Source: Octopus sinensis
Lineage: Eukaryota
Reading direction: 5' to 3'
DNA length: 64,000 nt
Assembly: GCF_006345805.1 (NCBI RefSeq)
Contig: NC_043020.1
Span: forward strand, 1,798,001-1,862,000
Positions 1 through 14,428 of this stretch are shown here, one piece after another (the stretch's first letter is position 1; every line of letters begins with the position of its first letter). Below the pieces are notes generated by a model. It was given only the letters and a program-made list of their open reading frames with translations. It was not told the DNA's origin and did not search any database. A program made the position numbers and the translations under genes.

Positions 1-20
1 CATTTTAGTCATCTGATCTC

Positions 21-368
21 CATTTTCATCATCATAGCATTTTAGTCATCATAGTATTTTAGTCATCATAGCATTTTAGTCATCATAGCATTTTAGTCAT
101 CATACTATTTTAGTCATCATACTATTTTAGTCATCATAGCATTTTAGTCATCATAGCATTTTAGTCATCATAGCATTTTAGTCATCATACCATTTTAGTC
201 ATCATAGCATTTTAGTCATCATACCATTTTAGTCATCATACTATTTTAGTCATCATAGCATTTTAGTCATCATAGCATTTTAGTCATCATACCATTTTAG
301 CCATCATACCATTTTAGTCATCATAGCATTTTAGTGATCATACTATTTTAGTCATCATAGCATTTTAG
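21..368. repeat. 17-bp minisatellite (CATTTTAGTCATCATAG), about 20 copies
   Basis: Direct tandem copies with variants at the ATAG/ATAC and C/T positions. Confidence 0.95.
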
Positions 369-997
369 CAAACTTCTTAATCACACAGCCATGCCTTTCA
401 CAACCATATTTCTCTTTTCCTTTCCTATAGTTTTAAAGCCTTAGTTTGACATCTGATGACATTATTTTTAGTTTGTATGACGTCATCGGATAAGGACACT
501 ACTGGATAAATATATTTTTCTTAAAATGGCTGTACTTTATGAAATTATGAAATTGTTTTGCAAGTAGGAAGATATAGTTAGAAAGGACAAACACTTCAGA
601 ACTGCAAAACAAACCGATTGTGACTGATTGTTTCCTTTTATTTCTTTTCTTTTTTTTTATTCGAATTTTTGTTTGCCCTTGTTAATAAAGCAGCGATTTG
701 GTTCCTTAAAACGATGTTCAAATTTAAACGAGAAATTCCGGTGGGTGGCTAATCAAAGACAATAGATTCATTTTCAGGATTCTTGCTGTTAAATTGCTGC
801 CGAAATTTATGCTTTTTTGCAACGATCTTATGTTCAGAATTGAAGCGTTAAACAAGATGGAAGAGAGAATCTCTCTCTCTCTCTCCTTCTTTCTATATGC
901 GCGTATGTATGCATGTATATTGTATATTCCGCCCTCTCTCACTTTCTTTCCTCCTCTATCTCTGTGTTTATATAAATAATATATATATATATATAAA

Positions 998-1200
998 GTT
1001 AATCCAAACAGAAAACAAAAAAGACAACAACGCATGGAGGTGGAACAATTAAAGTATTATTAGGCGCTCAGGAAAAAAGGGAAGAAGGAGGGTATGACGT
1101 TTCGAGCGGAGCTCTTCGTCGGAAACATAGGAGAAAGAAAGATCCCGAGGTGGGAGGACAGAGGGAAAAAAATTGCAAGTGGTCTCACGAGGTCGACATA
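998..1200 (-). mobile_element. Non-coding Penelope-like terminal-repeat family, copy 1 (hammerhead-like motif at 1092-1126)
   Basis: Homologous to 8757-8952 and 45725-45921; shares CCGACGAAGAGCTCCGCTCGAAACG; PLE assignment inferred from the motif. Confidence 0.55.
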
Positions 1201-1315
1201 CTGGAAATACATATATACACATATGTATAGGTACATACTCACATGTATATGTATATACACATGCACAAGTGGGCACAGGTCGTCACAAAATATAAACAAC
1301 AAAAAAATAGTGCTC

Positions 1316-1711
1316 TTTCTAGCACAAGGTTTTCCTATTTGGAAGCCTCTTGATGTGTTTTAATGTACACGATATTTCTATGTGAATAATATATAGTCTT
1401 TTGACTAATTCTTTTTTGTGCTTAGGCCACTGGTAATAATAAGGTCGCAAATTTTAGTTAATTTGCTTTGCGGGAGTAAGTATTTTATCGAAGGCGTATC
1501 TAGTCGTGAATTACTCGAAATACGGATTAGAAAAAACAGCCAACAACTGATGCAGAGTCATTTTTTGTATTGCTTGCCTTGTTTTCCATTTGTTTCTTTT
1601 GTTGCTTGCAAAAAAGTCCGTATTCCACGTGCTCGTACTTCGTACTTTTTGTTGTTTCTAGCACAAGGTTTATCCTATTTGGAAGCCTCTTGATGTGTTT
1701 TAATGTACACG

Positions 1712-1715
<4 letters not shown>
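1316..1715. repeat. About 60-bp direct repeats (1316-1375, 1655-1715) bounding a 280-bp spacer
   Basis: TTTCTAGCACAAGGTTT(A)TCCTATTTGGAAGCCTCTTGATGTGTTTTAATGTACACGATAT occurs twice. Confidence 0.85.
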
Positions 1716-1743
<28 letters not shown>

Positions 1744-2205
1744 TATATATATAATTGTTAAATTTCTAAATTTATATAAATTATTTTATGTATTGGCTTA
1801 AGTCTTTCTTTGTTTGATTTGCATAATAGTGGTTTTGTCTCTAATTTAATATAATTAATATATATATATAATATATATATATATATATTATATATATATA
1901 TAGAGAGAAGAGAGAGAGAGAGAGCTGCTACACACAAGTATACATACATGCAAACACACACACACACAAATACACACACATTCTGTCTACTTCGCTGTCT
2001 CCGTCTCTCTCTCAGTCTTGTATTTGGTTTACGTTCCAAATCTATAGGCAACTTATAATAGGCATCGGAAAACTTGGAATCGCAACCAGCAGAGATTTGG
2101 ATTTCATTAAATAACGCCATTCCTCTCCGCCTAACATTATTAAGCGTTTCGGTTCTTCGATTATTTGCTATTCATACCGGTGTGAAATCACCATACGCTC
2201 TACAG

Positions 2206-2252
<47 letters not shown>

Positions 2253-2395
2253 TACACACACACACACAGATACACACACACACACTGATACACACACACA
2301 CACAGATACACACACACACATACACACATACGTGTATGTTTACGCATCTAGATATATATCAATTTGTGTGTATATATGTCTAACGTGTATTTGCT

Positions 2396-2426
<31 letters not shown>

Positions 2427-3209
2427 TTAAATATGCAAGTATGCAAGTACGAATGTATATTCATTTATAAACCGCACCAATTTCGCTCTGATATCGAATT
2501 TTTCGCGTCACTGACATCAGAATTACCCAATAGACGAACAGGAAGAGCACCATTAAAACTAGCAGATTTTTCTACCAGCCGAATCGTTCAATGGAGAATA
2601 TCTGCCTGTAATGATTGATTTGCACCGAACACTAGTAGACAGGCTCGCGTTAACCGACATAACATATAAATAAGTGAAAGAAAATACTGGGGAGAGAAAG
2701 AGAGAAAGGGGAGAACGAGAGCGAGAGGGGAGAGAGAGACAGGAGTAGGATGTTGGTGCGAATAGAAATGATAAAAGAGTGAAAAATATTATTTTCATAA
2801 CATTCTTATGGTTCCTAATTTTGCTCTCCTTAATTCTAAACTATTTAGAATAAATACGTAACTAATAAAAAAAAAATTGATATTTCATTTTTCTTATTTG
2901 GGCTTCGAACTAAATTTGTATTTTCCAGCGAATGTATGGTTCTCAGTTAATAGACACATAGACGCACACACACACACACATATATATACACACACACACT
3001 CATATATATACAAACAGACATACACACTGCACACACACATACGTGTATATATGTATTTAAATATAAATATATATATACTATAATCACCCCACGGATTTAT
3101 ATGGATAACACCATACAGAATTCTGGTGTATCTAAATTAAGTACCATATTCATTTGAATATAAATTTTTGCTGAACTTATATATATATATATATATACAT
3201 ATATATTAT

Positions 3210-3619
3210 ACTTGTTCCAATCATCTGAGAGCGGCCATATTGGAGCACTGACTTTACTCAAACAAATCGAACTCAGGACTTATTTTTTTGTAAGCCTAGT
3301 ACTTATTCTATCGGTCTGTTTTGCCGAACCGCTAAGTTACGGGGAACGTAAACACAACATCATCGGTTGCCAAGCGATGTTAGGGGGACAAACACAGACA
3401 CACTAACACACACACACACTCACACACACACACACACACACAACACACACACACACATATATATATACATATATACGACAGGCTTCTTTTAGTTTCCGTC
3501 TACCAAATCCACTCACGAGTCTTCGGGCAGCCTGAGGCTATAGAAGAAGACATTTGCCCAAGGTGCCACGCAGTGGGACTGAGCCCGTAACCATGTGGTT
3601 CGTAAGCCACTCCTACGCA
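3210..3619 (-). mobile_element. tRNA-headed SINE family A, near full length
   Basis: Matches 6936-7350 in reverse. Confidence 0.85.
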
Positions 3620-3892
3620 GTTATCTTTTACTTGGTTCAGTCATTGGATTGTCATGCTGGAGCACCACTATGAAGGTTTAATTGAAGAAAATAAAACCCT
3701 GTACATTTTTATTTTCTTTTAGAATAGACTGGTATTTATTTACTATATCAGTCGTCTTTGCCGAACTGCTAAGTTACCGAAATGGAAACAAAGTAACTCC
3801 ACTTGTCAAGCGGTGGCAGGTGATAAACACATGCGCACACACACACATATATCTATACATATGATCGACCGTACATACCCAATATATTAGTT

Positions 3893-4620
3893 TTGTTTGT
3901 TCACTGCAGCGAACCGGCGAATCAATACCTCGGCAGCTCTCTTTCTCTCTCAATCCAGGACATACAAAAGGAACGTCGATCACTGAATCAAATCTGCTCA
4001 TTGGATTTTGGAAGACTCGGCGAGCGAATATCCAACAGCCACAAAACTCATTTTCATCTCCCCTTGATCTACGCTTGCGAGACATGGACCTTGTATCGAA
4101 AAAACTTGAGTAAGCTTGAGCATTTCCGAGGGGCTAACCTTCAGCAGATCCTCAGCCTCAAATGGCAGGACTGACACACCAACAACTAAGTCTTCAATTG
4201 CTCGGAAATGCCAAGCATTGAAGCTGCCGTTCTCAAGTGTCGCCTCAGGACGTCATCTGAATGGCCCCTTCAAGATTCCCACGGAGAACCCTCTAAGCGT
4301 GTTCATCAACGGCAAACGATATCCAGGAGCCCCAAAACGCAGATTCAAACACCAACTGTAGTCTTCCCTTTTTCAAACTTTAATCAGCCCTAACGCTTAG
4401 GAAACAGAAAACCACCGACCGTCCCTCTTGGCGAAGAGCAATTCATTTTTCTTGATACACTTCCGGGGAGAGAGGAAAGACTGAAGAAAAAACCAAAAGG
4501 CATCGTAGGGGCCGGCAACGCCAACCAAGACCACAAAACGCCCTGCAATGCCATCAATGCCCGAAACAGTTTCTTTCTCGACTTGGCCTACAGAGCCATG
4601 TCACGTTTAAGCATCATGGA
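3893..4620 (+). mobile_element. RTE-clade LINE 3' fragment (degenerate RT C-terminal region + C2H2 finger)
   Basis: YLGS, FGRL, IYACETWT, ILSLKWQD, MPSIEA and GKRYPGAPKRRFKHQL across frames; CHQCPKQFLSRLGLQSHVTFKH at 4549-4614; multiple stops and frameshifts. Confidence 0.85.
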
Positions 4621-5187
4621 GATACCAGATGAACTGTTATATCGCAATACTACACAGTGGCTGTGCGAGCTACGAAATCCTCATCGCCACTGCTATATCG
4701 CACCTTCGGATGACCTCTACTCAACCCCTCGACGTCTTGTCTTCTCTCTCTATATCTACGTATTGGGCTAAACCTACTTCATCGTCTGGGGGCGTCGACA
4801 CAACATGAACCAAACACGGACACGAGCGGTGCCGACGACGCTATATACTAAGCATTCTCGATCGACACTTTTCGGATGATTATGGTTCCTGTTAGTACAT
4901 ACGTTTTCATTCCTGCGCCATTAACTACACCATTAGAACGTTTATCTCTTATTTCTAGCAGTGTAGGTATTTCCTAACACCCTAGTCGCATTTAGTGTGC
5001 AATTTGTTAGTCTCCATTTTGGTGAAACGTTGCAAACTGCTGTTCATGTTAATCTTATATATATATATATATATATATATATAAGTATGTATATATATAC
5101 TTATACAAACACACACACATACATATACACACACACTCACATATACAATCTCACGCACACTCTCATACACACAATCAATCTTCCCGT

Positions 5188-5252
<65 letters not shown>

Positions 5253-5848
5253 TAGAAAGGTACATTTACATACATGCAAACCTCTAAATTAACTCTTCAT
5301 TTTAAACAAGTGTTTGAGTGTGTGAGAGTATAAGCATATAGACGGCTTTGTAGGTCGATAGAAATGTAGATTCATTAACAGACACAAGGAGACAGATAGG
5401 AAGAGAGATGGACAGACAGGCAGGCAGACAAGCAGGCAGACAGGCAGGCAGGCAAATAAATAGACAGAGAGATAACGTGTGAAGCCTGTATTAAGATTCG
5501 TGTTTCGACACAGTTCGCCAGGTGACCGCAATTTGCATAAAGCATTTGGGCCAGTTATAACGAGAAACCAATCTTAGGTATAGATCATTGACATGTTAGA
5601 ATATAATTGGAAACCAAACCTTTCTTCCTACATATTCCTGAGTCTATGCTACTTCAAGCGCTGACACCCCCCCCACACACACAAACACCCACATTCCCGT
5701 AGGCTTACCAGTCAAAGACGAGGTATTAAGAGGAACGCTAAATAACTGATTGACATATTGTTGAGTTTTTCATCCGTTTACTTAAACATACATCTATTAC
5801 AAGCACGCATACATATATACATATATACACATGCATACATATACAAGA

Positions 5849-5903
<55 letters not shown>

Positions 5904-6135
5904 AACATTTCTAAAAACATATACACACAGCCGAATATAATGTACATTCATAATAGATTCATACATGTACATACAATGTATGCATACATTGATACATACA
6001 TACATATGATACATTCATGTATATATGTATATATATATATATATACATATCTAAACTTATACAGTCATGAATACATGAATGCATTCATATATACGAACAT
6101 ATATACAGACAACGATAATTCATGTATTTATGTAT

Positions 6136-6173
<38 letters not shown>

Positions 6174-6813
6174 TGTGTGCGTGTGTATGTGTATATATGT
6201 ACATGTGTATATGTGCATATATATGCATATGTATATATATATATGAATGTATATATATGTTTGTGTGTGTGTGTGTTGGTATGTACGAACGAATATATGC
6301 TTGTACAAATATGTGTGTGTGTGAGAATTTACATATGTACGAATGTGCATCTGTATTTGCATCAATGTGCACTTATGTATGTGCACTTGAGATAAACAAA
6401 CATAACAAGCCTTGAAGGTGAAAACAGGCTGACACATTACAGGTGTCCATCACGCATGCACAAGCGTATTCATACATATATCCTTATATATCCATAGACA
6501 CACACATATACACAAGCACATACACACACATATATATATATATATACTCGCACACATTGAACTAAGATAGTCATAAATCCCTTGAAGTGTCCTTTTCTAA
6601 AAACGACTCTTGTCACCTTAGTTGTTGATTAGCTTCGCTTTTGCCAACATCGGAATTCTTCAAGAACAGCATGAGTTTTCATCCTACGTAGATAAATGTA
6701 TAAAACATACACACACATATAAAAACATGCGTACCTATGTACATTCGTATGTATATATGTGTGTTTATATATATTATATATATATAATATATATATAAAC
6801 AACACACATATAT

Positions 6814-6844
<31 letters not shown>

Positions 6845-6894
6845 TATATATTATATATTATATATATATATATATTATAATATGTATATGTATA

Positions 6895-6928
<34 letters not shown>

Positions 6929-6935
6929 TCTTACT

Positions 6936-7350
6936 GGCGCAGGAGGCTGTGTGGTAAGTAGCTTGTTTACCAACCACATAGTTCCGGGTTCAGTCCCACT
7001 GCGTGGAACCTTGGGCAAGTGTCTTCTACTATAGCCTCGGGCCGACCAAAGCCTTGTGAGTGGATTTGGTAGACGGAAACTGAAAGAAGCCCGTCGTATA
7101 TTATATATATATATATTATATATATATGCGTGTGTGTTTGTGTGTCTGTGTTTGTCCCCCTAGCATTGCCTGACAACCGATGCTGGTATGTTTATGTCCC
7201 CGTTACCTAGCGGTTCGGCAAAAGAGACCGATAGAATAAGTACTGGGCTTACAAAAGAATAAGTCCGGGATCGAGTTTTTCGATTAAAGGCGGTGCTCCA
7301 GCATGGCCGCAGTCAAATGACTGAAACAAGTAAAAGAGTAAAATAGTAAG
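6936..7350 (+). mobile_element. tRNA-headed SINE family A, full length (A/B boxes, CCTTGGGCAAGT core-like block, internal TA/TG, (GAGTAAAA)n tail)
   Basis: GGCGCAGGAGGCTGTGTGGT...GGTTCAGTCCC head; many related copies in the window. Confidence 0.9.
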
Positions 7351-7351
7351 A

Positions 7352-7445
<94 letters not shown>

Positions 7446-7568
7446 TAGATAGATATGGATATATATACATATATATTCTTACATGCGTACATATATATTC
7501 ATAACACACATGCATACATAAATAACTATGTACATATGTTGATACACACACACACATTTATATATACA

Positions 7569-7964
7569 CTAGCAGTATCGCCCGGCGTTGCTCGGGTTGT
7601 AAGGGAAATAACTATATAAGCATTTTAGAGAGTTATAGCCAAAAAATAGCAAAGAAAATGCATTAAAAATTGAAAAAAAATTAAGGTAAATTTTTTTTAA
7701 ATCGTTGACACATCGTAGATATTTTTAGAGAGTTACTTCCCTTATATAAAAGCGAAAAAAATGTATTAAAATGGAAAAATATGATGGTAAATTTTTTTTA
7801 AATCGTAGAGACTCATCGTAGACGCGCGCTAATACCCAAAAGGGCTCGATATGAATCACGACTATAAGATACCCGCTTTTGGTTAAACTGCACCGCAAAA
7901 TGTGGGAGTAATTACGAATGTAAATCGAAGGGGACAGACACACAACTTCACTCTTATATAAAGA
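7569..7964 (-). mobile_element. Non-autonomous Helitron, copy 1
   Basis: Minus strand reads A|TC...CCCGAGCAACGCCGGG hairpin...CTAG|T; no TSD; second copy at 36302-36693. Confidence 0.85.
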
Positions 7965-8756
7965 TGCTTTTTTTTTTCAGTCATAGAGTTAGATTTATGA
8001 AGGTCTTCAGTAGAAAATCCTTCGAATTCTGACTCGCTGCTTGATATAATGAAATTCGTATCCATTTTTTGTCATAATTACAAATTTTGAAAACACAATA
8101 GGAACAAATTTCGGAAAAAAATCTCCCATAATTCACGGAATTAAAATTACACTTCGATTTTTGTACAAAAATGTATTTGAAGTGTTTACGAAGTATAATA
8201 CGTGTTTTCACGAATGTACTAAAGAGATTTACTCTGATATTCTCATTTAAATATGAATAGGTAAATTCGGGCGGTTTGGTAACGAAAAAGTTTATATAAG
8301 TGTCGTCTGTTTATACATATAAACACTGTTTCATAGTTTCAGTTTAGTCTTCCTCAAATCACTGTCGCTAATTTACTCTCTTCCAAGAACATTTTCACTC
8401 ACTGTTATCTGTTAGCTCCCATACATTTTACTCATGTATCTATCAGCGTGATAGACAGAAACAAATATTACATTTACTTTCATTTTATTCGTTGCCCACT
8501 GTGTGTGTGCGTTTGCGTGTGGTGTAAACCAGACTAAGAAAAGCATTTGACACACACACCAGAATGTGAGTTTTCTGTAAATTTTGTTTAATTGGAGTTT
8601 AAATTTTAAAAACTGGACCTGGCATGACGCGATGCGTTGTACTCTTAAAACTGCTAGGTAAATTGTAATTGAAGAAATCCTATATTGTAGATTTGTATAA
8701 CTCCCAAAGGGAGGCAGATAAAATCTGCCTTTTATAATAAGAGATACATATATAAG

Positions 8757-8952
8757 GTTAATCCAAACAAGAAAGCACAAAAAAACACAACAACGCGAGG
8801 ACGTGGAACAAATATAGTATTATTGGACGCTCAGGAAAGAAGGAGGGTTTAACGTTTCGAGCGGAGCTCTTCGTCGGAAAAATAAGAGAAGGAAAGATCT
8901 AGAGAAGGGAAGACAGAGGAGAAAAAATCGCCAACGGTACACACGGGGTCAT
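8757..8952 (-). mobile_element. Penelope-like terminal-repeat family, copy 2 (motif at 8847-8881)
   Basis: Near-collinear with 998-1200. Confidence 0.55.
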
Positions 8953-9100
8953 ATAAGCTAGTATGATAAATACCAACGTACAAGTGTCGGGGCTGGAATC
9001 ATTTTGTTACTTCTGTTAAGTATTTATAAAAATAAAAATATACTCATGTTTTGACTTGTATTCATCCTGTTTGCCTTACTATCCATTCATCCATCCATCC

Positions 9101-9166
<66 letters not shown>

Positions 9167-9338
9167 ACGACGGGCTTCTTTCAGTTTCCGTCTACCAAAT
9201 CCACTCACAAGGCGTCGGTCGGCCGAGGCTGTAGTGTAGAAGTCACTTGCTCAAATGCCACGCAGTGGGACTGAACCCGGAACCATATGTGGCTGGTAAG
9301 TAAGCTACTTTCCACAAAGCCACTCCTGCGCCTATCTG

Positions 9339-9445
<107 letters not shown>

Positions 9446-9462
9446 ATCTATCTATCTATCTG

Positions 9463-9556
<94 letters not shown>

Positions 9557-9586
9557 TATGTATATATATATAATATATCTATATGT

Positions 9587-10373
9587 ATTCTATAATTAAT
9601 ATACATAATTATAATTAGGGGTGAGCTAATTGCTTCGCCACATGCCAAATTTAGGAATAGGAATTAAAAATTCCTTTTCTACTACCGTAAGAATCTCCCA
9701 GACAGTAACACTCTTCTTTACTTAGGCAAAGAGAAATATAATGAATCAACACGACTTCGATTAGCCAAAGACGCGTTTCGAGATTAAAGTATTTAATATA
9801 CTTACTTCCCATCATCAGTGTAACATTTCCATTATAAAATTTGAAAGTGCTAGGGTATAAATATGCACACGATCGAGCGACATCGTGCAACAGATATCCA
9901 ACCAGCACTTCCGAAATTTACACACCCGAATGTGAATACATATTTATCCCCTGTACCTATGTGTATGCTACGAGCTGTACCGCAGAAAACTGCAGTATTC
10001 GACTAGGGAGTAAATTATAATTTAAAATTAATAATAAAAGGCTAAAATTAATTAATTAAATTAAATAATCAATTAATTAATAATTTTACTAAGTAGATCG
10101 GTATGTTAAAATAACCTTTATAGGTAAAATTATACAAATATATGATGAAGCAATTAGCTGACCCCTAATTATAATTATGTTTATAATTATAGAATATTTG
10201 TATAATTTTACCCATAAACTTAGATAAAACTTAGATAAACTTAGATATGTTTCGACCAAAGATTGGTCCAGGCCATGTCTAGGTTATTTAAAGGTTATTT
10301 TAACGTACTGATCTTCTTGGTAAAATTATTAAGTAATTGATTGATTAATTAATTTTGCCCTTTTATTATTAAT
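9587..10373. repeat. Interlocked inverted repeats (9587-9636 vs 10147-10195; 10027-10140 vs 10195-10373)
   Basis: Reverse-complement matches read by eye; element class unresolved. Confidence 0.7.
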
Positions 10374-11537
10374 ATGAGTTCTGAGTTCAAATTCCACCAG
10401 GGTCGACATTCTGGGTCGATAAAATAAGTATTCGTTGACCAGTGGGGTCAATGTATTCGATTTATCTCCTTCATTAAAACTGCTGGCCTGCGGCCGAAAT
10501 TCGTAACCGATATTAATTATAAGTTTATAAGAGATATTACAATTGTGCCATCAGTGTTATCCTAAAAGGCAGCCAAATGGAAATGTCTTTTGGCACTGAT
10601 AGGATTACAGCATCTCTAACTTATGGATAATGTGAATGAATTGATTTTGCTTCGAGAAGATGCTGCGAAAGGTGTTAGTGTTCAATGATAAACAGAATCA
10701 TCTCAAAAGCTACAATCTGTTGACGAAAACAAACTTAACTGAGAAACTAATTCCAACCATTTTGCTAAATAAATATTATTAAACGATTAAATGGCGAACA
10801 CAAGATTGTGTTGAGCGTGGAAGAACTAATTTTACTATCTTTGGGATCTCTTAAAAATTAAAATTTCAGTCAAACTTGTCTTTTCCATCTGAAATTATAG
10901 CTGCTATATGCGCTGATCCAAAATTTAGTAATTTATTTGACCTACCTTCAAAAATTCGAAGTTACTCATTGAAGCTTAGGAATTTCTGTGGGCGAAATAT
11001 TCACACATTGTTCTACTTGATATCATACTTTTGAAAACCACCAATTCAATACAGAGGAAATGAATAAATCATTTGTTGATAGGGGTAATTACAGCTTTTA
11101 AGTTGCCAAAGCACTCACCAAGTTGTCACAGACAACAAAATGGATGACAAAAGAGAGTTGGGTGATTAACTATTTACGTATTATTAATGGTTATACACGG
11201 TGAGATGCATTTCCGATTCAAATCATTTGTGATTTCTTAATCAATTCGCGGGAATTAAGCGAAGGGAATTTACCGTATGGTAAAGAAGCACGCTTTGTCG
11301 TCACGTAGTTTCGTGTTCAATCCCTCTTTGCAGCATGTTGGGCACATGTCTTCTGCTATAACCACGCAGCCAACCAAATGCCGTGTCTAACCAATGGGAG
11401 TCTGTCTGAATGAATCGATCCCAGTACTTACTCTATCAGTCGCTTTTGCCGGACCTCTAATTTACGGAGACGTAAACACACCAACACCGGTTGTCAAGCG
11501 TTGGTGGGGACGAACGCAGAGACAGACACACGCAGAA

Positions 11538-11568
<31 letters not shown>

Positions 11569-13808
11569 CACATATACACATATAACGGGAAGCTTTATGA
11601 AAATAAACAAAAGACGAAGGCAGGTGGAATACAAACAAACAATTGTATTAGTATGGCGCTCAGGAATATATATGCATATATAGGACAGGCTTCTCTCAGT
11701 TTCCGTCTCCCAAATCCACGCACAAGTCTTTGATCGGCCAAAGCCTATAGTAGAATACACTAGCCCATGGTGCCACGCAGGAGGACTGAATCCAGAACCA
11801 TGTTGTTGGGAAGCAAGCTTCTTATTACACAGTTACCAAAATAGATAAAATATTTTGTTGGAAACGAGCATTCTTGTCAGGAACTTAAATAATATCAACG
11901 TTCTCTGTAGTGTCTTTTTCTTTATTTTTTTAAAATTTCTATGCAGGTGAGTGTTCTGAAGCAATTAAGAAACTAGAAGCTAGAGCTAAGAGCACCTCGT
12001 TATCTCAACAATTGGTTCGTTACGTATTCTTGAAACAGATAATATCTATATCAGCAGTGTGTTATGGCTTAATGCAATATCGTCAACCAATTTGATTCTA
12101 TTCACACAGAGTGGAGGCTGTTATATAAAAGAAATATAGAATTAAGTGTTCTGCAAGAGCCAAATTAGTTGTAAGAGCTAAAATGCAAGGATACGTATTA
12201 GCTTAAAATTCAAGCATGTTAATTACTTCCTAATATAAGAGTCGATATAAATCTCCTATCAAAAATTTTTGAAGTAGACAGACTATTCATAAGACTGCAA
12301 CGTTCCTTATTATCTATCATCAAACGGATAAATTGAACGTTGCAGAATGGTGTGATGTACAGAAGTAGTGCTAAATGTAATGCAAATGAGAGGCGAGATG
12401 ATAAAACAGTGAAACGTATAACCTCCATATATTTTAATGACAGTTGAGACCATTGCTTTGTAGAGCTTTGAACAAACAATCAGTTGATACCGCCATTTAA
12501 CGATAAAAAACACAACCGGCTCATTTTATTGTTAATTCTGTGAATTAGATACACAAATCACTTGCTGACAGGGTTTCCGAGCGCAAAGAATTGGAACAGA
12601 TACTGCAAAGTATCTCGTCCATCACTCTAACATCTCTACCACTACAACAGATTGCCACTACAATAGATTGGCACAAGTTTTTGAATCTGGAAAGGAGAAA
12701 ATTTAAAGGTGATCTCGACGAGATTTGAACTGCTTACCTCCCTTGTATGCAATTTTTTCACTCAAGTACTATTATAAGCAACACCGTTTGGAAGTCGGTG
12801 ATGATTCAAAGTCAGTGGATAGCGATGACGAAACCGGTGTGACTTTATATATTGACTCATAATAATGATTTTTATTCTTCTTAATTCCATCTGAAATTAT
12901 TAAATTTATATACAAAAATAGCCATTACTTTTATACCTAGTGTGCATTTTCTTTGTTTCTTTTTACCTTCCCTCATACACACACACACATACACACACAC
13001 ACATACAAACACACACACACACACACATATATATATACATATACATACACACATATATGTATGTATATATACGACGGGCTTCTTCCAGTTTAGTCGGCCC
13101 GAGGCCACATTAGAAGACACTTGCCCAAAATGCCACGCAGTGGGACTGAACTCGGAACCATGTGGTTTGGAAGCGAGCTTCTTACCGCAGCCACACCTGC
13201 GCCTATAATGATCAAATGCTTGTGCTCAGTCAAATCGATATTAGCTGTTATAGGAGCACGGTGTGCCATACGTCGGATGTCAAGTCGAAGCGATCTCGGA
13301 TTTAACGGAAAACGAAGTTTTATGATCAAGAACACTACGCACCTCCCAACCCGGGAACGAAACCCACCAATGAAGCACCAAGCTACACACCTTCACACTA
13401 CTCTAGTTCCACCTCAAACCACCTCAAACCAGAAAACCGAATCCACCTCAAACCAGAAAAATACCTGCTTATTTCAATGATGATTCGTCCTAATGATGAG
13501 CAATAAATATCTTGTTTTCTTCATATTTTCTGTTCATTCTTAGGATTTTGTCTTCCGAACGAATTACTAACTTAAGCGTTTCTCATAAATTCTCTTCCTT
13601 TTGTTTTGGGCTGAATATAGTCATTGAATACTGTGTAATTATCTTAGATTGTTATGTGAAGTACTAACAATGGAATAATGAAATCACGTGAAATATTCAG
13701 AAGATTTTCGTGCTCATATCTGCCGGCTTCGAGCCGAGCAGATCGAAGTTTATTATAAAGTGTGAATGAAATGACTTCTTTTTTGTGACAAATTATTTTA
13801 CACACACA

Positions 13809-13880
<72 letters not shown>

Positions 13881-14428
13881 ACACACATACACACACACAA
13901 ATATATATATATATATACACATACACACGGACACAAAAAGACTGCAACCATGCTGGTACATCGTTTTCATGCAGTGCTATATACACACATATACAAACAC
14001 ATATATGTATATGTGAATGTGTGTGCGTGTGTTCGTATGCATTTATATATCTTTGTTAAAATTCTTCTTGAAAGGGAGCGGGTTTCTAACAGAATCCCAT
14101 CACTAGAATTTTGATAGAAAAACGACAATTATTTTACATCAAACTTCATTGAAAGTTTGCTTATTTCGACTTTTTCCATAAGAGTTTTTCTTTTGTAAAG
14201 TACCTGAGTGTGTTTTTTTCTTTTTCCCCTGAAAAGCTTAAATTTTCCATGTCATCCAATGATTATTGGTGCAAATGAATTTATAATGCGTGTAGAGGCT
14301 TCACGTGTTCCGATGCAGTTAACTTGTCCGTAAATATTCCCCCCTCTCACTCATTTTAGATGTTCGGATCTCTGGGTCTACAAACCACAGTCTACTCATG
14401 GGTTTTGGTTTTTGTTCCAAATACAAGT

